From the NCBI RefSeq assembly GCF_018350175.1, contig NC_058368.1:92630001-92694000 (forward strand): DNA of 64,000 nucleotides, in the 5' to 3' direction. The notes beneath the pieces are model-generated. The model worked only from the letters and a program-made list of their open reading frames with translations. It had not been told where the DNA came from and ran no database searches. The translations under genes were made by a program, and so were the position numbers. The stretch is from Felis catus (taxonomy: Eukaryota). Shown here piece after piece: positions 38,870 to 50,066 of the stretch (position 1 is its first letter; the number at the start of each line of letters is the position of its first letter).

Positions 38870-39263
38870 TTTTTTAAGTTTGCATTCTGAAATATGTATG
38901 TATGTATGTATTTAAATTTACATCCAAGTTAGCCTATAGTATTAGCTAGTATATAGTAATGATATATATATCATTAGCAATAATGATTTCAGAAGTAGAT
39001 TCCAGTGATTCATCCCCTACGTATAACACCCAGGGCTTATCCCAACAAGTGTCCTTCTAAATGCCCCTTGCCCATTTAGCGCCCCCCCCCCCCACAACCC
39101 CTCCAGCAACTTCAGTTTGTTCTCTGTATTTAAGAGTCTCTTAGGTTTTGTCCCCCTCCCTGTTTTTATATTATTTTTGCTTCCCTTCCCTTGTGTTCAT
39201 CTGTTTTGTATCTTGAATTCCACATATAAGTGAAGTCATATGACATTTGTCTTTCTCTGACTT
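38870..39263 (-). mobile_element. Carnivore L1 3' end
   Basis: Similar to the 29200 and 59400 copies; TSD-like agtccc...tctt. Confidence 0.88.
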
Positions 39264-39269
39264 GTGAGT

Positions 39270-40620
39270 CCCCGAATCTTAACTCATTCTAGCATCAACT
39301 CCAAGTCCCCAGGCTTATCTCAATATCCTTTAAGTCAGGAATGGGGGGAGACAGTAGACCTGATTCATCCTGAGGCAAAATGCCTTTCCCGCTGTGAATC
39401 TGTGGAGCCAGACAAGTTACGTACTTCCAAACCGTCATGGTGGGCCAGGCACAGGGCAGACATTCCCCTTCCAAAAGGGAGAAAATGGCAAGACAAAAGG
39501 GGTGAAAGGTCCCAAGCAAGTCCAAGACCTAGCAAGATGAATTCCATTAGATCTGTTGCCCCTCCCCCCCCCATTACATCTTAAGGCTCCAGAGTCATCC
39601 TCTCTTGCTCCCTCCTTTCTGCTCTCCAGGCCCACTGGGGCATGACTGGGTGACAGCACTGTTGTCTGAGCCTCCGTGTCACAGCCTTGCCCCCGGCCCG
39701 ATGCAGATAAGGAGGAGACAGCCTTACCTTAGAAAACAAGAAGGAGCTGGCGCTGCCCCCCAGGTCTGTGGTGGCAGTGACAGCCCTGATTTCTGAATCA
39801 CCCTTGGGGTCATTCTTTCCTTTTTTTGAACTATAATATCATGCATGTGGCAGCCAAATAGCTGTACTGTCCCATCCTATAGAACTCCCAGAATTCCTAT
39901 AGGCTTTCTTCATTTCATCCTGCCTCTGCCCCCTGTAGTCCATGCTGGTAGTGTCCCTGCGGACATAGTACCATCTCTAGACCTCACTCCTGCCAGGATG
40001 GCTGATTAAACCAATGAATCGAACCTATGATCTCTTTATCAAATAATTTTCCAAACACACCCTTGGTGTTCTTTCCAGGACATGCTTACATGCTTTCACT
40101 CCACTCCTTCCTTCTTTCCTTCCTTCCTTCCTTCCTTCCTTCCTTCCTTCCTTCCTTCCTTATGCATTGGCTAAGCACCTTCCAATTCTTCAAGTTCTTG
40201 TTCTTTTTTTACTCAGTAATTAATTTGTTTCTCTCCTTTCCCATTTTACTATAAGTAGTTTCTGTTATGGAACTAGGATGCACCCTCAACACTTTGCCTA
40301 AAAGTCCTCTCTGCTAAATATCCAAGTTCATCAGCTTAAAAAAAAACAGTTTTATTTATTTATTTTGAGAGAGGGAAAGAGGGAGGGGAAGAGAGTGAGA
40401 GAGAGAATCCCAAGCAGGCTCCACATTGTCATTGCCAGAGCCTGATGCCAGGTTTGAACCCACCAATTATGAGATCGTGAGCTGAGCTGAGATCAAGAGT
40501 CAGACGCTCAACTGACTGAGCTACCCATGTGCCCCAAGTTCATCACCTTAAATTTCTGCTTTCCACAAAACATAGGACACAGTTTGGTCAAGTTCTTTGC
40601 CATTTATCTGGCACTGTAAC
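39270..40620 (-). mobile_element. MLT1 internal (MaLR-int) sequence with Can-SINE at about 40330-40535
   Basis: attcatcctgaggcaaa...cagacattccccttccaaaagggagaaa motifs recalled from MLT1-int; contiguous with the LTR. Confidence 0.7.
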
Positions 40621-40672
40621 TAGGTTTTTGAACTTTTTTTTTTTCCAACTTGGTTTTTAAAAAGCCATTCTA

Positions 40673-41088
40673 ATAAAGAAATTATGGTTTATATACACGA
40701 TGGAGTACTACGTGGCAATGAGAAAGAATGAAATATGGCCCTTTGTAGCAACGTGGATGGAACTGGAGAGTGTGATGCTAAGTGAAATAAGCCATACAGA
40801 GAAAGACAGATACCATATGGTTTCACTCTTATGTGGATCCTGAGAAACTTAACAGAAACCCATGGGGGAGGGGAAGGAAAAAAAAAAAAAGAGAGGTTAG
40901 AGTGGGAGAGAGCCAAAGCATAAGAGACTGTTAAAAACTGAGAACAAACTGAAGGTTGATGGGGGGTGGGAGGGAGGAGAGGGTGGGTGATGGGTATTGA
41001 GGAGGGCACCTTTTGGGATGAGCACTGGGTGTTGTATGGAAACCAATTTGACAATAAACTTCATATATTGAAAAAATAAATAAATAAA
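40673..41088 (+). mobile_element. 5'-truncated felid L1 3' end
   Basis: Reverse complement of the 12372-12780 region; TSD gccattcta at 40664-40672 and 41091-41099. Confidence 0.95.
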
Positions 41089-41099
41089 GGGCCATTCTA

Positions 41100-41850
41100 C
41101 TATTCCCCCAAGCCTGCTGCTTCAGGGTGGTGGGGAACATGGTGATATCAGTGAATTCTATGAGCATGGGTCCATTGCCTCACTTCATTTGCTGTTAAGT
41201 GAGGTCCTTGAGTTCCAGTGCCATGAGTTCCAGTATCATGACAGTGGATAAGGTATTATGTAAGTCCATGGATGGGGATTTTGGCAGAAGCATTGCATGC
41301 AGGGAAGATGAATACATATCCAGAGTGCCTTTTCCGGTATGAACAAAATATTGCCCTGTCCATGATAGAAGTGGTCCAGTGTAATCAACCTGCCACTAAA
41401 TAGCTGGGTGATGGCACCATATTGGGGTCTCAGTTTTGTTCTTGCTTCTGGCAGATTGGGACTCAGCAGTGGTCAGCCTTGGTGAGTGGAAATCGATGTT
41501 GCTGAATCCATGTATAACCACCACTGAATCATGGCTGCTTTGTTCCTGAGGCCACTGAATGATGACAGGGTGGGTGGGAAGAGAGTATAACTAGTATCCA
41601 TAGAACAGGTCATTTTCTCCAGTTAGTTGTTAAAATCTCCTCTGCTGAGGTCACCCTTTGTTGAATACCTCACATTTTTTGCCCATTCAGAGAGGTCTGT
41701 TCACACAATTCTTCACCAGACTCATTGCCAATTTTCCACTGTTGCTTGTTCATTGGTACTAATGTACCCCCATATTTTTGTAGGTGACAATGCTACCAAA
41801 TATTTTTCCACTGGTTTTATAATTTCCATGATGAGTTTTCTGAGCACGAA
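41100..41850 (-). mobile_element. ERVL integrase-region remnant
   Basis: Minus-strand peptide WQVDYTGPL from gtggtccagtgtaatcaacctgcca, the ERV-L integrase WQ.DY.GPL motif. Confidence 0.75.
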
Positions 41851-42084
41851 CAGAACAACTACTAAAGCCAACACCACATATTTTAAGATTTTGTTATCCG
41901 ATCACGCATAGGGAGACCTCACATGTGGCTTTAGGAGGAGAGAGTTGGAAAACTCCACGTTGGTAAGGTTGTGAAGAAGTATCATCCTCTGTGTCCTGAA
42001 AGTTAGAGGAAATCTGAATATTGGTGTACTTCAGTATCATCCACCTTAAGAACATAAGGTTAGACATTAAAATTTATTGCTTCC

Positions 42085-42288
42085 TTTTTTTTAATGTTTA
42101 TTTATTTTTGAAAGAGAGAGACAGAGCGTGAGCAGAAGAGGAGCAGAGAGAGAAGGAGACACAGAATCTGAAGCAGGCTCCAGGCTCTGAGCTGTCAGCA
42201 CAGAGCCGGACAGGGGGCTTGAACCCATGAACTGCAAGATCATGACCTGAGCCAAAGTCAGATGCTTAACTGAGCCACCAGGCACCCC
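42085..42288 (-). mobile_element. Can-SINE
   Basis: TSD ttgcttcct. Confidence 0.9.
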
Positions 42289-42496
42289 TGTTGCTTCCTC
42301 CTGATCACTAAAAACCTAGGCAACTCTGTAACCAGAGCACCAACAAGCAATCACAACCCTAATACACTTGATCCTTGAACAACACGGGCTTGAAATGCTG
42401 TGGGCGTGAGTGAAACTGTTCATGATCTGTGTTTGTATTATGGATACTATGGATACTGAGGTAAATGACTAATTCTCAAAGGAAAGATGGGCCTTT

Positions 42497-42872
42497 TCAT
42501 GGTTAGTTTTCTGTGTCGACTTGGCTGGGCTATAGTCCAAGGTCATTGGGTCTGTTGCTGTGAAGGTATTTTGTATATGTGACTAAAGTCTCTAATCATT
42601 TAAAGAAGATTATCCTTGATTGTCTGGGCGGACCTGACTTAATCAGTTGAAAGGTAGAACTCAAACTTCCCAGATGAAGAAATTCCACCTTTGGACTGAA
42701 GTGTAACCTCGTGCCTGAGAGGTCCAGCCGGCCCTGTCCTTCCTGATGGCCTGCCTTACAGATTTTGGACTCACCTCGCCAGCTTTCAGCATAAGTTCCT
42801 TCCCTGCAAGAATTGTCTTAATAGATATCTCCTACGGGTTCTGTCTCCCTGGTGGAGCCCTGACTGATAACA
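42497..42872 (+). mobile_element. MLT2 (MLT2D-like) ERVL solo LTR
   Basis: tggttagttttctgtgtcgacttggctgggcta...ttgctgtgaaggtattttgta...gagccctgactgataaca. Confidence 0.82.
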
Positions 42873-43467
42873 GACAGGAAGTGAGAGAGAGAGAACAAGG
42901 ATACCCTGGAACCCACTGGGACAAAGAGGAACCTTCACTAAGTGCTAGCCACCTCCAAATCCCCAAGGCTAATGACGCTGATGACCTGGAGGAAGAGCTG
43001 GCACCCTCTGTCAATGCAGCTAGCATGCACTTTGGGAGCCGGAGAAGCTGCAGGATCCAGCGGGAATAGCTGCAGACCTGGTTGCTTCGTCATGCTGACA
43101 CCGTGAGTCAGCTGATCCCTCACAAGGTGCATGAGGGCCGACATCACTTGACTTTACACTGACCTTCCTAGTATAAATATGGCTGCTGCTTCTGTTGCAC
43201 CTTCCAAACCTCATGCACATTTCTCCTGGGCCCCATCCTAGCCCAGAACCGTACAGAGAAGCGGATTCTGGGAAACGCAGTTTCATCTTAGCTAGGTTGA
43301 CACAATACACAACTATCACCACCACCACCACCAGGTATCCCTCGGGGGAGGATTTCTTGGGAGCCTCTACGTGACTTTTTTTTTTCTAGCTCATTGGCCA
43401 TAATCGGTCGGCCACATCTGACTGCAAGTCTAAAAATCAAGGGTTCTCTTCTAAAGAAACGGAAGAT

Positions 43468-43891
43468 GGGGGTGCCTGGGCTAAGCGTCTGACTTTGGCT
43501 CAGATCATAATCTTGCGGTTTGTGGGTTTGAGCCCTGCATTTTGGGCTCTGTGCTGACAGCTCAGAGACTGGAGCCTACATTGCATTCTGTGTCTCCCTC
43601 TCTCTCTGCTCTTCCCCTTCTCGCTTGCTTGCTCTCTCTCTCTCACACACAAAAATAAACATTAAAAAAAAAAGACGGGGTGCCTGGGTGGCTCTGATGG
43701 TTAAGCGTTTGACTTCAGCTCAGGCCATGATCTCATGGTTCGTGAGTTCGAGCCCTGCATCGGGCTCTATGCTGACTGCTCAGAGCCTGGAGCCTGCTTT
43801 GGATTCTGTGTCTCCCTCTGTCTGCCCCTCTCCCATTCATGCTTTTGAGAGACTCTCTCTCAAAAATAAGTAAAAACATGAAAAAAAAAAA
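43468..43891 (+). mobile_element. Two head-to-tail Can-SINEs inside one TSD
   Basis: Heads at about 43468 and 43677; outer TSD aaagaaa(c/g)gga(a/g)gatg. Confidence 0.88.
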
Positions 43892-44454
43892 GAAAGGGAG
43901 GATGAATACTGGGGTAAATGACAAACAGTCTCTGTTAGAGAACTACTATTTACAGGACCTAGTTCCTGCCTTCTACAGCCTAATTTTTAGGAGGGGAAAT
44001 GAGACACTATACAAACCTCTACTGAACTTAGAATTTCCACCTAAGTCGAAATACTTCCCCTACATAGTCCCTTGGAAAACTTCACAGAGTGTTTTTATGT
44101 TTCAACAACTTTTCATAGATCAAAGTATTATCCTCAGGATAGCAGTGAACCACTATAAGCGGGCAATTCTTTACCCTCGATGTCAGAGTGTGATACAGAT
44201 CAGCAGCAGGGCTTTTTAAAAGCCTTTTGGGGGTAGGTTTTCTTTCCCTGGAAGAAGAAAAGGCAGAGTCAGTGACCAGGGGCCTCTTCTATGTATGGAG
44301 AGGCTTGGGTATATCTGCTTTAGTTCCACGAAAAGGAAACCCATTTAGATGGTAGATTTACAGAGAAAAGAATAGGTTTTATTTAAATACTGCTTTGCAC
44401 AAATTTCAATCAAGTCAACTCCCGCTCATGTTTGTGTGGTGCTAATAATATATT

Positions 44455-44645
44455 TAATGTCTTTTGAGCTTTATCACAGGCAGGTACTGGTCTAAGCAAT
44501 TTACCTAGATTATTTCATTTGACCTCATAAGAGCCACACAAGGAAGCTGCTATGACTCTTACTCACATTTTACAGATAAAGAACCAAAGCACAAAGGGGT
44601 AAAATAAATTCAGCGAGATCATATAAACAGCCAGAACTTGGGACA
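44455..44645 (-). mobile_element. MIR
   Basis: cattttacagataaagaaccaaagcacaaaggggtaaa core. Confidence 0.65.
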
Positions 44646-44904
44646 AGGGGCTCCAGACCATTTGCCTGATGCATTTCTGGATCCTGATTCAGCCCGGAAA
44701 CAGTATGTCCAGGACCTCTTCTTGACTAGGGCAGGAAAGTGAATACAGGGAAAAAACATTTCAACAACAAGGACCTAAACCCAAAGGGGTTTCTGCTTAG
44801 CGCATAGATTAACTGGAGAGAGAGTTCAATTATTAGAAGCCCCATTCTCAGATCATTCTCATTAAATACAGTTAAATAAATAAGAACTCACTATATTGGG
44901 AGCT

Positions 44905-45102
44905 TTTTTTTTTTTTAAATTAATGTTTGAGAGAGCTCACCCATGAGCAGGGGAGGGGCAGAGAGCAGGAGACGGAGGATCCAAAGCAGGCTCGTCCCTA
45001 TGAGCAGAGCCCGATGCAGGGCTCAACTCACCAACTGTGTGACCGTGACCTGAGTGGGAATCAAGAGTGGCTGCTTAACTGACTAAGCCACCCAGGTGCC
45101 CC
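44905..45102 (-). mobile_element. Can-SINE
   Basis: Poly-T, body and head. Confidence 0.88.
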
Positions 45103-46060
45103 TGGGATCAGCTCTTAAATGAAAAAACCTGGACACTGGAAGGTGAAGGATGGGTAAGAAGGGGCAGAGGCTGGGGAGCTTAGCACCCCTTACCACAGAT
45201 CTTCAGGCTTCCTTTCCACACTTACTGGACAGAGGCTTCTTCCCTAAGTTCTGCCAGGGCATATCCTGCTTGGTGTGCCTCCCAAGCTCCCAGGGGGCCC
45301 TGGGCCTTTGCACAGCACTGGGGGCTCCATGACTCATTCAGGAAGGAGTGCTTGAAGGGAGGGCGTTGGGAGCAAGTTATTAGATTTAGGACCTTCTAGA
45401 CCGGTGCAATATGCTCAAGGTACGGCTGGGAACAGCAGATGTTTTCTCCTGTTACCAGGATCCACTGGGACCAGGAACTCCCACGCAGCACCATAACTAG
45501 CCTGTTTCTCTGGGGGGGGGGGGGGGGGGGCGTTGGGGGTGGTGGTGTGGGATTTGACACAGAGCCACCCAGCTGTGTGTATATGCTGACAGACAGCCCT
45601 GAGACCCCCCAGTAAAAAGGCATTTAGAGGGCAGAGGATGTGATTTTTCATTGCTCTTCAAATGGCTTCATATATCTTTTTTTGGCCATGCGCCTGACAG
45701 GCAAAAACCCAAACAGGTTGAGTGTTGCAGAAAATATGCAATGAGCCCGAAGCCAGTAAACCCATGGAGAATTTTGTTTCCATTTCCAGGCATCTGATCA
45801 CAAAAGGTCCCCAGCATGCCGAACTGCCTGCCTGCAATTCACCTGTCTCAAAATCCTCTCGCCTCTCTCTCTCTTTTTTTTTTTTAAACGTGTTAATGGA
45901 ATATATGAAAGACAGACGGAACAGTAGCAATCAAAATCCAGAGGGCCAGAGACGTTTGTGCCATTCACAGAATTTATGAAAATTCCCCGTCTCTGGAAGG
46001 CTCTCCCAGCTCGGAAGGCTCGGCGCGGCTGGTGAGTTCCCCGCAGCAGCTGGAGGCCGA

Positions 46061-46072
46061 GCTATAAATAGC
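46061..46072 (+). promoter_or_regulatory. MEF2 consensus site overlapping a TATA-like box
   Basis: gCTATAAATAGc matches CTA(A/T)4TAG exactly and contains TATAAAT, embedded in GC-rich sequence. Confidence 0.65.
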
Positions 46073-46108
46073 GCGGGGCGGGAAGCGCCGGGCGGAGGGG
46101 GAGCGGGC

Positions 46109-46118
46109 GGGAGATTCC
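46109..46118 (+). promoter_or_regulatory. NF-kB consensus site
   Basis: GGGAGATTCC fits GGGRNWYYCC; a second kB-like GAAAATTCCC lies at 45978-45987. Confidence 0.5.
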
Positions 46119-46372
46119 GGGCTCTCCCCTCCGCCCGCCGCGGCGCGTGCTCTGCCGGGGAAGCCGGCGCAGCGAGGCGGCCTTAACCCCCGCGGCGCCC
46201 GGCCGCTCCGAGCGCCCCCGGCCGGCTCGAAAGGGCGAGCACGCCGGCAGTGGACACTCAGACGCCTTTGTAACCATGCACTGGGGGAATCACAGTCTGT
46301 GCTCTCCCTCCCCCCCCCCCCCGCTCCGTTTCCTCGGAAGCCCCGGGTAACACCCGAAATTCGGCCCTGCAA

Positions 46373-46388
46373 CGCGCGCGCGCGCGCG

Positions 46389-46420
<32 letters not shown>
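46373..46420. repeat. (CG)12(CA)12 alternating purine-pyrimidine microsatellite
   Basis: Read directly from the sequence. Confidence 0.97.
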
Positions 46421-46421
<1 letters not shown>

Positions 46422-46989
46422 GGGTTTGTTCCGTGTCTTTTTTCCCCCCTCCCCTTTCTTTCTTTGAGCGGCTTACATCCAAATCTTAAAATTAAAACCA
46501 TCCCCAAATTTGGTCTTGGGGATAATGCTGGCTTTCGTATTTCGGCGCAGGGGGCCCTCCCCTGCGCTGCTGGTGCTGCTTAAAGAAGGTTACTTTCCTC
46601 GGGAGGGAACGATCGAGGCGGGCAAAGTGTGTGTGTGTGTATGCGTGTGGTTCATTTGGGGCGCAGGCACACCCCTCCGTGGCCTCAAGGTCGGCAATAG
46701 CCTGAGCACTCGGGGGCCCCGCCGATCGGGCTTGTCCCTGCCAGTCAAGGACTCGACAAGGAGGGAGTCCCCAGTCCCGGCAGGGCAGCCTGCGAGCGGG
46801 GTCGGTGTTGAGCACCCTCGGTGCGGAAGAGGCACGCGCGAGGAGCTGGGTTCTCCGAAGGTGGAGCCCGAGCGGCAGCCCCCGCCGCGCCCCCCGCCAG
46901 GCCCCCGCGCCCCCCCACCCAGGCTACCCGGCGGGTGCTGGGCGCCCCGGACCCCGGGAGGAGGGAGGGGCGCGGCGCCCTCCCGGGCC

Positions 46990-47209
46990 GAGAGCTGTCA
47001 CAGAATCTGACACCCGGAGAGGCAGCTGGTCCCTGGCCAGGACTCCCGATCCTTCTCAAATGGAAACAGTTCCTCCCAGGGAACCTGCCGGAATTCTCCG
47101 TGGAATCTCACTTGGGCTTTGCCTCCTGGCGCATTTCACCAAGGCCGCATTTACCACTTTGAGGCAAGGAAGGCTCCAGATGGAAAGGGGCTTCTGGTGG
47201 CAGAACGAG
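46990..47209 (+). other. Putative first (5') exon ending at a splice donor; start uncertain
   Basis: GAG|GTAAGC donor at 47209/47210 at the 3' edge of the CpG island; unique non-repeat sequence upstream. Confidence 0.5.
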
Positions 47210-47969
47210 GTAAGCTCTCGATTGAGGTGGCATTGACTGGGGTGGGGGGCACAGATTTAATGGGGACCATCCCCCTCCCCCTCAGGTGAGATGATGAAAT
47301 GAAGTTTCCCTTGGGCTTCCACTCCTCCCCTCGCCCCCTCCCCGGCCCTCTTTCTGCTTTACCTTTGCCCCGCCCCCACTCATGCCTTAAAAAGAAAAAT
47401 TCCCTTGGGTGGGTGGTGGGGGTGGAGGGACTCCTTTATGTTTTTATTTTAGGCGTTTTAATGTTCTAGAGGCCGGAGCCTCAGTGCCACCTGAAATCTC
47501 CCATGTCCCCTCCATCTCTGTCCCCTCCTGTCCTTTCTCCCTTGCCTTACCTCTTCACTCCCCACTTTCCTCATCCAGTCTACTTTTATATCTTTGCCAA
47601 AACCCCTTGCCGACTTTCCTTTCTCCTCTTTGAAGATATGTAGCAAAATAAAAGGGGAGAGGGAGAATGTCGTGATTTTGTGTGTAACGCGGTGCTGGGG
47701 TTAGAAGGTGTGTGGGCTGATGGCTCCCTTACTCTGCGCTGTTACTCAGCCTTTTCACGTGTGGGATGACTGGACCATTTTTTGGAAAATCAACAGCCCC
47801 CCAAACTTTTCCCCAAGTACTCTCTACTTTCTTCCAGGCTGTGGGAAGGGGCATCTGCGAGACCAGGGGGAGAGACCAGAACCTGTGGGCCCAGAGGAGG
47901 CTCATTAGGTCCAGGCTGGTTTGGTGCCTTCTGCTGGGCAGACATGGGGTCGTGATAATGATAGTCACG

Positions 47970-48225
47970 CATTAATAATTGTAATTGACATTTATGGAGC
48001 ACTTGCTATGCTCGTTGGCATTGTTCTAAGAACTTTGCAAACATTAACTCATTGAAACCTCACAATAACCCTGTGAGGTGAGGACTACTATTATCTTTTG
48101 TAGATGGCGCCACTCACGGACATATGATTTAAGTAATGTGTTCGTGATCACATAGCTAGCAATGGGGGCGCTGAAATTGCAACTCAAGAGGGTTGACTAT
48201 GGACCACAACTCTGAATCCTGAACA
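47970..48225 (-). mobile_element. MIR
   Basis: gacatttatggagcacttgctatg...cctcacaataaccctgtgaggt. Confidence 0.75.
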
Positions 48226-48527
48226 TATCTCTGTCTTCACAGATTAATCCATCCACTCTGTGCTTGGCACTGTTCTAGGCCCTGAAGGTGGAGGAGTGAG
48301 CGAAGCAAGCAAGGTCCTTGGAGTTTATATTTTAGTTGAGGGAGGCAGATAACCTATCGGTTAACAAAGCAGACAATTTCAGGACATAGTAGATACCACA
48401 AAGAAAAGAGAGCAAAGTGATGCACTGGAGAGTGGTAGCCTCACATAGACAGTGGTCAGGGAAGTTCTCCTTACGTGGACTTTGGACATTCGAGCATTCA
48501 AGAGAGGAAATACCAATAGCCTGGGAA

Positions 48528-48875
48528 GGGGCACCTGGGTGGCACAGGGGGTTAAGTGTCTGACTCTTTTTAAAAAAATTTTTTAATGTTCTTATTTATT
48601 TTTCATAGAGAAAGAGAGAGGGAATGGGAGAGGGGCAGAGAGAGAGAGAGAGAGGGACACAGAATCTGAAGCAGGCTTCAGGCTCTGAGCTGTCAGTACA
48701 GATCCCCCCACGGGGCTTGAACTCACAAACTGTGAGATCATGACCTGAGCCGAAGTCCAGATGCTCAACCGACTGAGCCACCCAGGGACCCCTGTCTGAC
48801 TCTTGATGTCAGCTCAGGTCTTGATCTCTGGGTCAGTGAGTTCAATCCACATGTTGGGCCTAGTTAAAAAAAAAA
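48528..48875 (+). mobile_element. Can-SINE with nested - strand Can-SINE (48569-48792)
   Basis: Inner TSD tgtctgactctt at 48557-48568 and 48793-48804. Confidence 0.9.
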
Positions 48876-48889
48876 TAGCTGCAGAACCT

Positions 48890-49690
48890 ATGAAGTGACA
48901 AATATTACCTTTAGTAATCAGGGAAGTGTAAATCAAGGCCCCTTGAGATTTCCATATATACCCATTTGGTTGACCCCAAATGACAGTTTGACCTTATTAA
49001 GTGATTGAGTAGGATGTAGCTTTGCAGGACCTTCCAACATCACTGGTGGCAGTATGAATTGGTACAAAGACTCTGGGAAACAGTTTCGTATTGTATCCTA
49101 ATTTGAACATATACCTGTGGTTGAACAGTTCAACTTATTTCTAGGCTTATATCTATGAGAAACTCTTGCACATTCAACAGAAGACATGTATTTGAATAAA
49201 CGTAACAGTCTGGTTCTCAATGATGAAAATCTGGAATGAACTCCAGCATCTGTACTTGAAGAGTAGATGAATATTCTGATATTGTCACACAGAGGAATAT
49301 TATACAGCAGTCAAAAATGAAATAAACCAAATGACATAATAGTATGATTAGATTTTAACAATGTATCATTAATTTTTTTTTTAACGTTTATTTATTTTTG
49401 AGACAGAGAGAGACAGAGCATTAACAGGGGAGGGTCATAGAGAGAGGTAGACACAGAATCTGAAATAGTCTCTAGGCTCTGAACTGTCAGCACAGAGCCC
49501 GACATGGGGCTTGAACTCATGGACCGTGAGATCATGACCTGAGCTGAAGTCAGACGCTCAACCGACTGAGCCACCCAGATGCCCCAGATGTTAGCAATGT
49601 ATTAAGTGAAAATTAAGTCTAAAAGATTACGTAGAGCCTGATAATCTTTTATGACATTAAAAACTGAAATAAAAAACCCTGTTTAGGAAA
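48890..49690 (+). mobile_element. Old L1M 3' fragment with Can-SINE (49373-49585, -)
   Basis: agtaatcagggaagtgtaaatcaag...ggaatattatacagcagtcaaaaatgaa. Confidence 0.7.
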
Positions 49691-49695
49691 ATGTA

Positions 49696-50066
49696 TACAC
49701 TTGACCTTTGAACAATGTGTAAGGATTGGAGCATTGACCCCTCGCGCAGTCAGAAATCCATGAATAACTTTGGCTTCCCCAGAACTTAAGTACTAATTGG
49801 GTACTGTTGACTGGGAGCCTTATTGATCGCATGAGCAGTTGATTAATGCATGTTATATGTTATATGTATTATATACTGTATTTTTATAATACCCAACTTT
49901 TTCTTAATGTTTTTTTTTTCAGTATTCCTAGGCTTCATGGTCACCTGTGAGTTTTTTCAAATTGTTGCAAATCTCCAAAAAATTTTTCCAATATATTTAT
50001 TGAAAAAAATCCACATATAAATGGATTCACACAACTCAAGCCTGTGTTGTTCAAAGGTCAAGTGTA
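49696..50066 (-). mobile_element. Tigger2a-like DNA transposon
   Basis: Perfect 20-bp inverted termini TACACTTGACCTTTGAACAA / TTGTTCAAAGGTCAAGTGTA, TA included. Confidence 0.9.

Larger units (their letters stand above)
45990..47110. promoter_or_regulatory. CpG island / promoter of an unidentified gene (likely + strand)
   Basis: Very high GC and dense CpG against a CpG-depleted background; multiple GC boxes; no interspersed repeats; downstream donor site. Confidence 0.9.

Noticed and set aside
45990..47215. Assigning a gene symbol to the promoter
   Set aside because: No recognisable coding exon in the window; identification needs BLAST or synteny
45974..47236. Several overlapping 100-177 aa ORFs in the CpG island
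   Set aside because: GC-rich sequence lacks stops; peptides are Arg/Pro/Gly-rich and include translated dinucleotide repeats
48098..48115. CTCF-like TAGATGGCGCCA, and GCCACCAGATG at about 2253
   Set aside because: Partial matches only; the first lies inside a MIR
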